From an uncultured Gammaproteobacteria bacterium (lineage in GTDB: Bacteria > Patescibacteriota > Microgenomatia > UBA12405 > CAZGPK01), in assembly GCA_964527115.1 (NCBI GenBank), contig CAZGPK010000002.1, positions 20,765 through 84,764 on the forward strand: a stretch of DNA of 64,000 nt, written 5' to 3'. The notes under the pieces were generated by a model that did no database searches, was not told the origin of the DNA, and was given only the letters and a program-made list of their open reading frames with translations. A program made the translations under genes and the position numbers. Every line of letters starts with the position of its first letter. The first letter of the stretch is position 1. Below are positions 18,346 to 27,347 of the stretch, piece after piece.

Positions 18346-19682
18346 TTTTGAATATGTCTTCTAATATGTCTTCTAAAAAGGTAATGGTACCGCCACACTC
18401 AAGAGAGGCAGAGTTGTCAGTTTTGGGGGCGGTTTTATTGGATAAGGATGCGGTGATTGCGGTAAGTGAGTTTTTAAAGCCGGAGCATTTTTATGAGCCA
18501 ATCCACGCTGATATATTTGAGGCAGTTTTAACGCTTTATGAGAATCGTTCTTCAATAGATGTGGTGACGGTGGCAGAGACTCTGAAAAAGAAAAAAAAGT
18601 TGAAAATAGTAGGAGGACGGGCTTATCTTTCTTCATTGGTAGCAGAGGTACCAACAGCGGCTCACGCGGAAGAGTATGGAAGGATAGTGAAAGACCTTTC
18701 AGCCAAAAGGGAACTTATTAGTGCGGCGGCGCGGATTAACGAGCTGGCTTTTGCTGAGGGAGGGGAGACAGATGATCTTTTGGATAAGGCAGAACAGGAG
18801 ATTTTTACGCTTTCACAAAGACATATTAGGGATGCGCCCAGCTCATTAAGAGATATTCTAACAGCCAGTTTTGATCGTTTGGATGAGCTTCAGAAAATGG
18901 GAACCGGATTGAGGGGAATGGCGACCGGATTTACTGATTTAGACAACTTGTTGGCGGGGATGCAGGATGCAAATCTTTTAATTTTGGCGGCCAGGCCGGG
19001 AATTGGAAAGTCAACTATGGCATTAAACATTGCCCGGTACGTGGCGGTGGAGGCGAAACTACCGGTTTGCTATTTTTCCTTGGAAATGAGCAAAGAGGAG
19101 TTGGTGGATCGCTTGTTGGTGCGTCAGGGAGGACTGGATGCTTGGAAAATGAAGACGGGGAAATTAAATGACAATGATTTGGCCCATCTTTCGGAGGCGA
19201 TGGGAATGTTGGCTGATGCGCCTTTGTTTATTGATGATACAGCTGCTTTATCTGTTTTGGAGCTTAGGACAAGAGCAAGACGCTTGCAAGCTGAGCAGGG
19301 CTTACGGCTCATTGTGGTGGATTATTTACAGCTGATGAGAGGAAAGACAACAGATAATCGAGTACAGGAAGTGAGTGAAATTTCCCAAGGGCTTAAAGCT
19401 TTGGCTAAAGAGCTTAAATTGCCAATTTTGGCGGCGGCCCAGCTTTCCCGGGCAGTAGAGGTACGGGGAGGATTTAGACCGAGGTTAGCCGATCTTAGGG
19501 AGTCAGGGAGTATTGAACAGGATGCAGACGTGGTCGCTTTTCTTTACCGGGAGGACGAGGAGAATAAAGAGACTTTGGTCTGTGAGGTGTCCAAGCACAG
19601 AAATGGTCCGGTAGGGCTTTTTAAGCTTTTCTTCAACAGTAAACTAGTTAGCTTTTTTGGAATGGATCAGAAGAAGGAGTAA
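18342..19682 (+). CDS. dnaB: replicative DNA helicase DnaB
   Basis: N-terminal DnaB domain (PPHSREAELSVLGAVL), Walker A ARPGIGKSTMALNIA, SLEMSKEEL, RecA-like fold. Confidence 0.9.
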   Translation: MILNMSSNMSSKKVMVPPHSREAELSVLGAVLLDKDAVIAVSEFLKPEHFYEPIHADIFEAVLTLYENRSSIDVVTVAETLKKKKKLKIVGGRAYLSSLVAEVPTAAHAEEYGRIVKDLSAKRELISAAARINELAFAEGGETDDLLDKAEQEIFTLSQRHIRDAPSSLRDILTASFDRLDELQKMGTGLRGMATGFTDLDNLLAGMQDANLLILAARPGIGKSTMALNIARYVAVEAKLPVCYFSLEMSKEELVDRLLVRQGGLDAWKMKTGKLNDNDLAHLSEAMGMLADAPLFIDDTAALSVLELRTRARRLQAEQGLRLIVVDYLQLMRGKTTDNRVQEVSEISQGLKALAKELKLPILAAAQLSRAVEVRGGFRPRLADLRESGSIEQDADVVAFLYREDEENKETLVCEVSKHRNGPVGLFKLFFNSKLVSFFGMDQKKE

Positions 19683-19782
19683 GTATAGACGGCATAGTTA
19701 GAGAAAGAGAGAAAAAACGAGAACAAGAAGAAAGTAAGAGGAGAGAAAGAGGAATTTGGGGTATAGGAGAAAATAATAGTGA

Positions 19783-19869
19783 TGGTGCCGGGGGGGGGAG
19801 TTGAACCCCCATGGTATTGCTACCACACGATTTTGAGTCGTGCGCGTCTGCCAGTTCCGCCACTCCGGC
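19783..19869 (-). tRNA. tRNA-Leu (anticodon CAA) with long variable arm; 3' CCA encoded
   Basis: The reverse complement gives GCCGGAG-TG-GCGG..., anticodon stem CACGA/TCGTG with loop CTCAAAA, variable arm TGGTAGCAATACCAT, and T arm GGGGG-TTCAACT-CCCCC. Confidence 0.8.
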
Positions 19870-19915
19870 AATGGGTGGTGCCTGTTATTTTAGCATCTTG
19901 TGTTAAGATAGTCTT

Positions 19916-20668
19916 ATGAATTTCCCCTTGGGTGTGACTTGGTATTCGCTGTTTTTTTCGGTGGGAATGTTATTGTTTTCTTTTTCTTGGTGGAGAAATT
20001 TAAAAGGGGATTTTGATCCTAAAAGAGTGTCGGTTTTTATTTGGACTGTGCTTTTGCTTTTCTTTCTGGGGGGAAGGGCGGGATTTTTTTTGCAAAGGAT
20101 AGAAGAGCTTCGAGGTGAGTGGGCTTATTGGTTTTATTGGTGGAAATGGCCTGGTTTTTCTTGGCTTGCGGGCTATTGGGGCGGGTTGCTGGGAGTTTTG
20201 ATTTGGTCAGTTTGGCAAAGGTGGCGTTTTTGGGTTTTGGTTGAGGAGGGGACTCTGCCTTTTTTAGGCTGGAGTCTTTTTTATTTTTTAGGAAGTTTAA
20301 TGGTTGCGGGAAGTTTGCAATCTTTTTTACTGGTTTGCCTATTTCTGGTTTTGATTTTACTTTTGATCTGGCTTTCTGGGCGTTATCGTTCTTTTGCCTG
20401 GTACAAAAGCGGTAAAAGAGGGTTTTTATTTTTAGTTGGTAATATTATTTTTGGATTGGTAGTGCTGGCTTGGGGAATAGTGAAGTTGAGTTTCTCTCTT
20501 TTTTATTTTTGGTTGCCTTTTTTGTTTTTGTGTTTTTCTGGTCTGGCTTTGGTATACTTGGCGGGTGGTAAACTTTTGAAAGAAAATTTTTTGTTTGTTA
20601 GTTTTTTAAAAGGAAGAAGGAGCTCAAAAAATGAAGAAAAAAAAGGAAGAGACAAAAAAGAGATCTAG
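19916..20668 (+). CDS. polytopic membrane protein, possibly prolipoprotein diacylglyceryl transferase-like
   Basis: Multiple TM helices; GGRAGFF and WPGFSWLAGYWGGLLG weakly resemble Lgt motifs; lspA lies two genes downstream. Confidence 0.35.
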   Translation: MNFPLGVTWYSLFFSVGMLLFSFSWWRNLKGDFDPKRVSVFIWTVLLLFFLGGRAGFFLQRIEELRGEWAYWFYWWKWPGFSWLAGYWGGLLGVLIWSVWQRWRFWVLVEEGTLPFLGWSLFYFLGSLMVAGSLQSFLLVCLFLVLILLLIWLSGRYRSFAWYKSGKRGFLFLVGNIIFGLVVLAWGIVKLSFSLFYFWLPFLFLCFSGLALVYLAGGKLLKENFLFVSFLKGRRSSKNEEKKGRDKKEI

Positions 20669-21029
20669 GGTGAGCTTTGTTTTCCCAATGAATCTTTTAA
20701 AGCCAGTAGCGGGATTTTTGAAGCAGGAGTTGAAGAAGGTGACCAGGCAGGAGAAGAAACTAGAGGAAAGAAATACTGAGTTGCCAGAGAACAATAACCG
20801 AGCAGCGGTAGATAGTGAGGTGGTGGAGCAGGTGGGGAGGATGGGAATGGAGGCAAAAAAACGCTTGCTTCGAGCCCGAGTGGTGCAGATTAGAAAGGCA
20901 CTAACGAGAATTAAAATAGGGAAGTATGGGGTTTGTGAGAAGTGTGGAGTGATGATTGATACCGATCGTTTGACGGTTTACCCTGAGGCGACAGTATGTG
21001 TGGCCTGCGAAAAAGAGCGCGAATCATAG
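20631..21029 (+). CDS. DksA/TraR-family C4 zinc-finger protein
   Basis: A C-terminal CEKCGVMIDTDRLTVYPEATVCVACE four-Cys finger preceded by a coiled coil. Confidence 0.7.
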   Translation: MKKKKEETKKRSRVSFVFPMNLLKPVAGFLKQELKKVTRQEKKLEERNTELPENNNRAAVDSEVVEQVGRMGMEAKKRLLRARVVQIRKALTRIKIGKYGVCEKCGVMIDTDRLTVYPEATVCVACEKERES

Positions 21030-21403
21030 TTTTTTATTTTTTGATTTTATTGCTGTTGGAGCTTGCACATTGCTGGTTGTCGAAGAGACTTCCTTGGAGT
21101 TTGAATCAGGGATTTTTTAGCGGTTTGGGAGTTTTTAGTTGGCCTTGGATCGGAGGGGGAGTGGTTTTAATTTTGGTAGTTTTATTAGGGGCAGCAATTT
21201 GGTTTAAGGGAGCGGCTGTTTACCCTTTGGGGTTTTTGTGGGCGGCGGGCGTAGTGAATTTTTTAGACCGGGTTTTTTTTAAGGGAGTGCGTGATTATTG
21301 GCAGTTTTGGTATTGGCAGAATAATTTGGCTGATTGGTTTATTGTGCTTCCAGTTTTGTGGTTGTTGCTGTTGGCGGTAAAGAAGGAGGGGAAAAATGGG
21401 TAA
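20996..21403 (+). CDS. lspA: lipoprotein signal peptidase (signal peptidase II)
   Basis: Four TM helices with the NFLDR and NNLADWFI (FNLAD-type) motifs; followed by rluD as in Firmicutes. Confidence 0.7.
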   Translation: MCGLRKRARIIVFYFLILLLLELAHCWLSKRLPWSLNQGFFSGLGVFSWPWIGGGVVLILVVLLGAAIWFKGAAVYPLGFLWAAGVVNFLDRVFFKGVRDYWQFWYWQNNLADWFIVLPVLWLLLLAVKKEGKNG

Positions 21404-22121
21404 GGAAGATATGGATAATAAAGTAAAATTATTGTGGGAAGATAGGTTTTTTTTGGTGGTTTATAAACCGGCGGGAATGCTGAGTGTGCCGGCAGAAACA
21501 GAAAAAGGAGGCCCAGTATTGTCTGATTGGATAAGAGATAATATTGAGATTGATTTGTCTATAAGGGATGATTTAAGGGATGGTTTTTCTTTTAAAAGGA
21601 GAATGGGGGTGGTGCACCGCCTGGATAAGGATACTTCTGGTCTGGTTTTGGTGGCCAAGAGTGAAGCGGTTTTTTTAAAACTGCAGGGTTTTTTTAAAAA
21701 AAGAGAGGTGGAAAAGGAGTATTTAGCTTTAGTGTGGGGAGAAACATCCAGTACAGGAGAGGTGAAAATGCCAATAGAGAGGGATCGGTCTCGCTTTGGT
21801 CGGTTCAGGGTGGGGATAGAGGGAAAGGAGGCTTTGACTAAGTTTAGGCGGATAGGATTAAAGAGAAATCAGGGAAAATTTTTAAGTTTGCTTGAGGTTT
21901 TTCCTTGGACGGGGCGGACACACCAAATTAGGGTTCACTTTTCTTACCTAGGGTGGCCAATTGTGGGAGACGGGCTTTATGGAAGAGAGAATCTGCCTTC
22001 TCAGAAAAGATTATTTTTACACGCTCAGAAGATAGTTTTACCTCACCCAATAAGCAGGCAAAGGTTAGAATTTAAATCTCCCTGCCCGGCAGATCTCTGG
22101 CTCTTGTGGGAGGCAATCTGA
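21396..22121 (+). CDS. RluA-family pseudouridine synthase (RluD-like)
   Basis: HRLDKDTSGLVLVAKS catalytic motif; TGRTHQIRVH. Confidence 0.85.
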   Translation: MGKEDMDNKVKLLWEDRFFLVVYKPAGMLSVPAETEKGGPVLSDWIRDNIEIDLSIRDDLRDGFSFKRRMGVVHRLDKDTSGLVLVAKSEAVFLKLQGFFKKREVEKEYLALVWGETSSTGEVKMPIERDRSRFGRFRVGIEGKEALTKFRRIGLKRNQGKFLSLLEVFPWTGRTHQIRVHFSYLGWPIVGDGLYGRENLPSQKRLFLHAQKIVLPHPISRQRLEFKSPCPADLWLLWEAI

Positions 22122-22134
22122 TAAGATTTAAATC

Positions 22135-22965
22135 ATGAAAAGAATAGGGGGGGTAGTTTTTGTTTTAATTTTGATTTTTGTTTTTGGGCTTTGGTTTTGG
22201 GGGACTCCTAAAGGGGATTTGCGTTTGGCTTTTTGGGATGAAGGAAGCTTGTCTTTGCTTAGTGTTTTTCCAGAAAGAAGACAAATTTTAGAATTTCAGT
22301 TGCCGGGAGAACTTTTGGTTTGGGTGCCCGATAATTATGGCTGGTACAGATTGGACAAGGTAGAAAAACTACTAAAACAGGAGGGGAGAGAAGATCTTTT
22401 GGGGCCGGTAGTTTTTTTTAATTTTGGATTTTATCCAAGTAGGGTGATTTTAGGGAATTCTGGTCAAACAGGCTTACCCTTGGTCTTTGGAAAATGGACT
22501 GATTTGAAGCTTTGGCGTTGGTGGTGGCAGGCGAAGGGTTTAGTACGGAAAGTTTGGAAGAGTGCCGATTTGGCAAGCTTAGTCGCTGAGGAGGGGAGAC
22601 TTAATGAAACAAGGTGGGAGGAGCTTATTATGGGTGGGTGGCGTTTGGATTTTGATGATGGGGTAGGGGATCAGGCGCTGAGACTGGGGGTGTATAACGC
22701 CTCAGGACAACCCGGCTGGGCCGGGTGGCTGGGGAAGAGGATGAGCTGGGCCGGGTGGCAAGTAGTTGATGTGGGAGACAGTGAGGGAAGGGGAGAAGGT
22801 AAGTGTTTGGTGGAGCATTCCTTAAATAATCAGGATAGGGAGACAATGAAAGCAATGGGGGATTGGGCAGCGTTTTTAGGTTGTTCTTTGAAGCAAGTTG
22901 AAGCAGGTGGGGCGGGAGTAGATTTGCGTTTGTTATGGCAGGTGGGAGCAGGATTTTGGAAGTAG
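22135..22965 (+). CDS. putative LytR-CpsA-Psr (LCP) family protein
   Basis: N-terminal TM, a core weakly LCP-like, and a C-terminal segment (ASGQPGWAGWLGKRMSWAGWQVVDVGDSEG) resembling the LytR_C domain. Confidence 0.4.
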   Translation: MKRIGGVVFVLILIFVFGLWFWGTPKGDLRLAFWDEGSLSLLSVFPERRQILEFQLPGELLVWVPDNYGWYRLDKVEKLLKQEGREDLLGPVVFFNFGFYPSRVILGNSGQTGLPLVFGKWTDLKLWRWWWQAKGLVRKVWKSADLASLVAEEGRLNETRWEELIMGGWRLDFDDGVGDQALRLGVYNASGQPGWAGWLGKRMSWAGWQVVDVGDSEGRGEGKCLVEHSLNNQDRETMKAMGDWAAFLGCSLKQVEAGGAGVDLRLLWQVGAGFWK

Positions 22966-23013
22966 GTGATAGAAAAAATGTACAGAGTTTAGATAAAAGG
23001 TTAAAATTGGTTT

Positions 23014-23736
23014 ATGTCGGGTCACAATAAATGGTCAAAAATTAAGCATAAAAAAGGATCGGAAGATGCAAAAAAGAGCCAGGCTTTTGGCAAGATTTCA
23101 AGATTGGTGATGGCGGCAATATTGGAGGGAGGAGGAGTAATTGACCCAAGTGCTAATTCTACTTTGAGGGCGGCAATTAGTCGGGCACGGGAAATTAATA
23201 TGCCAAAGGAAAATATTGAGAGAGCAATTAAAAAAGCCTCTTCAAAAATAGGTGGAGGAGAGAATATTTTAGTTGAAGGTTATGGGCCTGGGGGGGTAGG
23301 GATTTTAGTTTTGGCATTAAGTGATAGTCGGATACGAACAATTCAGGAATTTAAGAATATTTTTTCTCGAGGAGGGGGAAATATGGCAGAGCCTGGGGCA
23401 GTGACTTTTTTGTTTGAACGGAGGATAATTTTTGAGGTGAGTGGAGTAAAAACAGAGAATGATTTATTGCCATTTATAAATTTGGGTCTTTTAGATTGGA
23501 AAAGGCGAGAAGGGAGCTGGTATTTACAGGTGGCAGCAGGCGGGGAGGGAGAGGGGTTTCAAGAACATTTAGCCAAGGTGGGGTTTAAAATAATGGGGAA
23601 AGAGATAGTTTGGGTGGCAAAAAACAAAATGATGATTTCCAGCCAGGATAAAAAGGATTTGCAATTTTTACTTGAGAGTTTAGAGGAGCAAGCTGATGTT
23701 TTAGGTATTTTTACTAATTCGGAGGAGAATAATTAA
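23014..23736 (+). CDS. yebC: YebC/PmpR-family transcriptional regulator
   Basis: MSGHNKWSKIKHKKG N-terminus; full-length YebC architecture. Confidence 0.9.
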   Translation: MSGHNKWSKIKHKKGSEDAKKSQAFGKISRLVMAAILEGGGVIDPSANSTLRAAISRAREINMPKENIERAIKKASSKIGGGENILVEGYGPGGVGILVLALSDSRIRTIQEFKNIFSRGGGNMAEPGAVTFLFERRIIFEVSGVKTENDLLPFINLGLLDWKRREGSWYLQVAAGGEGEGFQEHLAKVGFKIMGKEIVWVAKNKMMISSQDKKDLQFLLESLEEQADVLGIFTNSEENN

Positions 23737-24551
23737 TGGCAGTTGAAGGAAAAATTTTAAATAAGAGGATTAGATTTTTTTTGTCGACTGGTTTTTTGCA
23801 GGGTTTGTGGTTGGTGGTGGTAAAGCTAGTCCCGTTTGAGTTTAAATATTTGACACTGTTTTTTTTGGCGGTAGTAATAGTTTTTGTTTACAGTCTGGCC
23901 TTGAGGATATCTTGGAAAGAAAAGGGTTTAATAGCTAAAATGTGGCCGGTTTATGTTTTGCCAATTTTGTTCTTTTGGGGCTGGGCAATGTTTATTTTTT
24001 TGTTTGATAGTTGGCTGATTGTTATTCTTGCTTCATTTTTGTTTTTTTTGGTAAATTACGTAATTTTGCTGGTAGATAATTTATTTTTAGTGACGGTTTC
24101 ATATAAGGCGATTCCTCTTTATCGGACGGCCAGCAGTGTTAATCTTTTGCTTGTATTATCTTCTAGTTTTTTACTATTTGATGTTTTTGGTTCCTTTTAT
24201 TTACCGTTTTGGCTTTTGGCCTCTTTAGTCTTTGTAGTAGTTTGTCTATTTTTAACTTATCTTTTTTGGTCAGTTTCTTTAGTAGAGTCTGGGTTGGAAT
24301 GGAGAGATTGGCAAAGCTATCCTTTGGTGGCGGGGCTTTTAGTCTTTGAGTTTGCCGTAGTTTTATCCTGGTGGCCGGTGGGGATTTTCCTGCGTTCAGT
24401 TTATTTAATGTTGGCCTTGTATGTTTTGGCGGTTTTGATGCAGCATGATTTAAGAGGAAGATTTTTCAAAAAGACGTGGCGGGAGATTTTATGGGTGGGA
24501 CTGGGGGCCCTTATCGGGCTCTTTTGGGTGACAAGATGGCGAGCATTTTAA
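23736..24551 (+). CDS. polytopic membrane protein, hypothetical
   Basis: About 8 hydrophobic helices; no motif recognised. Confidence 0.35.
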   Translation: MAVEGKILNKRIRFFLSTGFLQGLWLVVVKLVPFEFKYLTLFFLAVVIVFVYSLALRISWKEKGLIAKMWPVYVLPILFFWGWAMFIFLFDSWLIVILASFLFFLVNYVILLVDNLFLVTVSYKAIPLYRTASSVNLLLVLSSSFLLFDVFGSFYLPFWLLASLVFVVVCLFLTYLFWSVSLVESGLEWRDWQSYPLVAGLLVFEFAVVLSWWPVGIFLRSVYLMLALYVLAVLMQHDLRGRFFKKTWREILWVGLGALIGLFWVTRWRAF

Positions 24552-25915
24552 TAAATAAATACGTGTTTATTTATCTTGTTTCTTTCCGTTAAAAATATAT
24601 TTTTTGATGATATTTTTTGTATATAAAAAATAGGGGAGTGCTTTTAACTTTTTTTGAGAATTATCAAGGCAAGTGGTAATTGTTGGTTTGGGCAGGGGTC
24701 GTTGGTAGTTTTTTGATTTTATTTTAGGATTGCTAGGAAATCTTTTTTTTGCGATTTATTAAATAGTCGGGGATTTGATTTTAAAGAAATTGTTTTGTTT
24801 TTTTGAAAAGGGGACTTGGTCTTTTTTGAAAAGGTCAGGAGGTTTGAATTTTTTAAAAAAGGAAATTAGTGATTGATGATTGTTTTTTATTTTTTTTAAA
24901 ATTATTGTTTTTGATTTTATTTTTTTTTGAGTGCTGTGGGGTTGGGGAGAGGGGAGTAAAAGTTAAGTATCTTATAATATATTAATCCTATAATACATAC
25001 GCGTTTTCACGATTATTATAGGACTTTTTTCACGAGGAGGGGGAATTGGCAGACTAGTAGATTGTTTGCTAGCTGGCCTCAAAAGTTTGGAATATACGTT
25101 ATTTTAGGCAATATTTGCATGTATTACTATGATATAGTTTGTGTGGGGACAGTCCTAAAGGGGGAGGAAAGGGAGGGGGTGGAAATTGTGGAAAAGTTTT
25201 TAGGCCTATATCTAGCTGGGGAGTTCTGTTTAAATAATTAAAAATATTATTTATCTAATATGTTTTTTGTTTATTTTTGGTCAGGTAAAGCCTCCTCTTC
25301 CCCTTTGGGGATTTGCCTTTAGGCTAAGTTAATAGTATTGTCGCACAATATCTCTTTTACGACGTTGCTCAAAAGAGGAGGGAAGGGGGAGTAATTTTTT
25401 AAATTGGAAAATATTTTTAAAATATTGTTTTTTATTTTTCTAAAAATCTTTTTTCTGTCTTAATTAGTCTATTTCTTCCCCTAAAAGCCGGGGCTCCCTA
25501 ATTTCTGATTTGAGGCTAGAAAATGCCAGTAGACTTCTCTGCGCCTGATTTTGAGAAGGGAATATATTAAAAACACCTAAAAGTAGGGAGAAAATGAAAA
25601 TGACCTTTTTAGCGGCTCTCAGAGCGACTTTAGAAGGTGTAGACGTAGGGTTACTCATCTTCTTTTTATTGTTTTGAGCTTAAAATGGTTTGTTTTTGTA
25701 AAGAGTTGTATTTTTTTAGATTTTTTCTAATCCCCTTTTTTTAGAAATGGGTTTTTTAATTTTTTAGATTTCCCTTTTTTCTTTTTTTGTTCTGATGTTT
25801 TTTTTAAAAGTTTTAAAATTGAAAGTTTTAAAAGAAGTACTTTTATCTTTTAGATTTTGGTCTTTTTTGGTTTGGTTGCAATTGACATTTATCTGAAACG
25901 TCGTACAATGTAAGG

Positions 25916-26878
25916 GTGAATAAGGAGAAAGATTTAAAAGAATTGATTTGGCGTTTTTTGGAACATTTGGAGATTGAAAGGAATTGTTCTCAGTTAACGG
26001 TAAGAAATTATCGACACTATTTATTTCGTCTCCATGATTTTCTCTGTCCCCTCTCCCCTGTCGGAGAGGTGCAGAAGAAAATTAAAATTGCTGAGGTTGA
26101 TTTAGAAAAAATCAGACGCTTCCGCCTTTTTTTGGCGCGTCAAGCTGGAAAAAATGGGAAAGGTGAAATGAAGAGAGTGACCCAAGGGTATCATATTATT
26201 GCCTTGCGGGCTTTTTTAAAGTGGTTAGTTAAAAATGATTATCAGGTTTTGGAACCAGAAAAAATTGATGTTCCAAAAAGCGAGGAAAGACAGGTTAAAT
26301 TTTTAGAATCAGAACAATTAGAGCGGTTTTTAGCTATGCCTGACAGTTCAAGCCTGGCGGGACTGCGGGATCGGTCTATTTTGGAGTTTCTCTTTTCTAC
26401 TGGACTGCGGGTTTCAGAGTTGGTAGCACTTAATCGGACTGGGCTTAATCTAAAACAAAGAGAAATTGGAGTAATTGGTAAGGGAGGCAAGGCGAGGGTG
26501 GTTTTTCTCTCCCGGCGGGCAGTAGCAGTGACAGGACGATATTTGGCGGGACGAGAGGATAAATCTGAACCTCTTTTTATTCGATTGGGTGGGAAAGCTT
26601 CAGGACCGGGAACAGGTGATGAAGATGTTCGTCTGAGCTCAAGATCGGTACAAAGAATTGTTGAGAAGTACAGGAAAAAAGCGCGACTGGCAGTGTCAGC
26701 TACTCCTCATACCCTAAGGCATTCGATGGCAACTGATTTACTGCGAAATGGGGCGGACTTGAGGTCGGTTCAAGAGATTTTAGGGCATAAGAACATTGCT
26801 ACGACTCAGATCTATACTCATGTAACGGATGCCAGATTAAGAGAGGTACACGACAAATATCATCGGGGGAATAGATAG
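25916..26878 (+). CDS. tyrosine recombinase, XerC/XerD family
   Basis: N-terminal core-binding domain (LTVRNYRHYLFRL). Catalytic C-terminus (LRHSMATDLLRNGADLRSVQEILGHKNIATTQIYTHV, the R...HxxR...Y set). Confidence 0.85.
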   Translation: MNKEKDLKELIWRFLEHLEIERNCSQLTVRNYRHYLFRLHDFLCPLSPVGEVQKKIKIAEVDLEKIRRFRLFLARQAGKNGKGEMKRVTQGYHIIALRAFLKWLVKNDYQVLEPEKIDVPKSEERQVKFLESEQLERFLAMPDSSSLAGLRDRSILEFLFSTGLRVSELVALNRTGLNLKQREIGVIGKGGKARVVFLSRRAVAVTGRYLAGREDKSEPLFIRLGGKASGPGTGDEDVRLSSRSVQRIVEKYRKKARLAVSATPHTLRHSMATDLLRNGADLRSVQEILGHKNIATTQIYTHVTDARLREVHDKYHRGNR

Positions 26879-27123
26879 CAATAGAGCAGGAAGTGGGTTG
26901 CCTGGGATTGGTAAAAGATCGGTCTTTCTTAGCTCTCACTTAGCTCTCAGTACGGGACATTCAAAGGGAATTGGGTATAGTAAACTAGTTGTTGTTCCTC
27001 GGGGTGCTTGTTTTTCTCTTAGTGTGGGTGGAATTAGTTCTGCTTCTACTATCAGTTTATTTCGGGTGATTACTGTTCTGAGGCAACCGCGGAGGGGATC
27101 GTGTTTCCGTAAGTTTTGACAGT

Positions 27124-27236
27124 CGACGGTTCTTCTTTCTTGGTCATTGCTGTGAATCGCTGGGTCGGCGGTAGCGAAGAAGCAAGCGTAGCAGATGAGC
27201 GGATCGGGGAGAAAGAAACCTGCTCTTTCTAATTTT
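27124..27236 (+). ncRNA. ffs: candidate signal recognition particle RNA (4.5S/SRP RNA), domain IV core
   Basis: GCTGGGTCGGCGGTAGCGAAGAAGCAAGCGTAGCAGATGAGCGGATCGGGG parallels E. coli 4.5S CCAGGUCAGGUCCGGAAGGAAGCAGCCAAGGCAGAUGACGCGUGUGCCGGG. A closing helix (CTTCTTTCTTGG / GAGAAAGAAACC) is followed by a T-rich tract. The region is otherwise intergenic between convergent genes. Confidence 0.5.
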
Positions 27237-27347
27237 TCTTTTACATTCATTGTTTAAGCTTGTTTAACTTTTTATACATATAGTATCACAGTATCATTTT
27301 CCCCAATTGGTTGTTGGGGTTTTGTTTTGGGAGTAGGGGTTTTAAAA

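Noticed and set aside
25464-25658. 64-aa minus-strand ORF in the AT-rich gene-free region
   Set aside because: It has a hydrophobic stretch and could be a small membrane protein. However, it is isolated in a T-rich non-coding tract with no clear RBS, so this is not enough to call.
24552-25915. Possible CRISPR array or IS element in the large intergenic region
   Set aside because: No regularly spaced direct repeats of 25-40 bp, no terminal inverted repeats and no transposase ORF; only short T-rich direct repeats and an AT palindrome.
26898-27250. Two overlapping predicted protein ORFs (26898..27119 on +, 26936..27250 on -) in the xerC/gyrA intergenic gap
   Set aside because: The region is better explained by a structured RNA with a strong SRP RNA domain IV match on the + strand. 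Neither ORF has protein-like composition or a start context, and they overlap each other on opposite strands.
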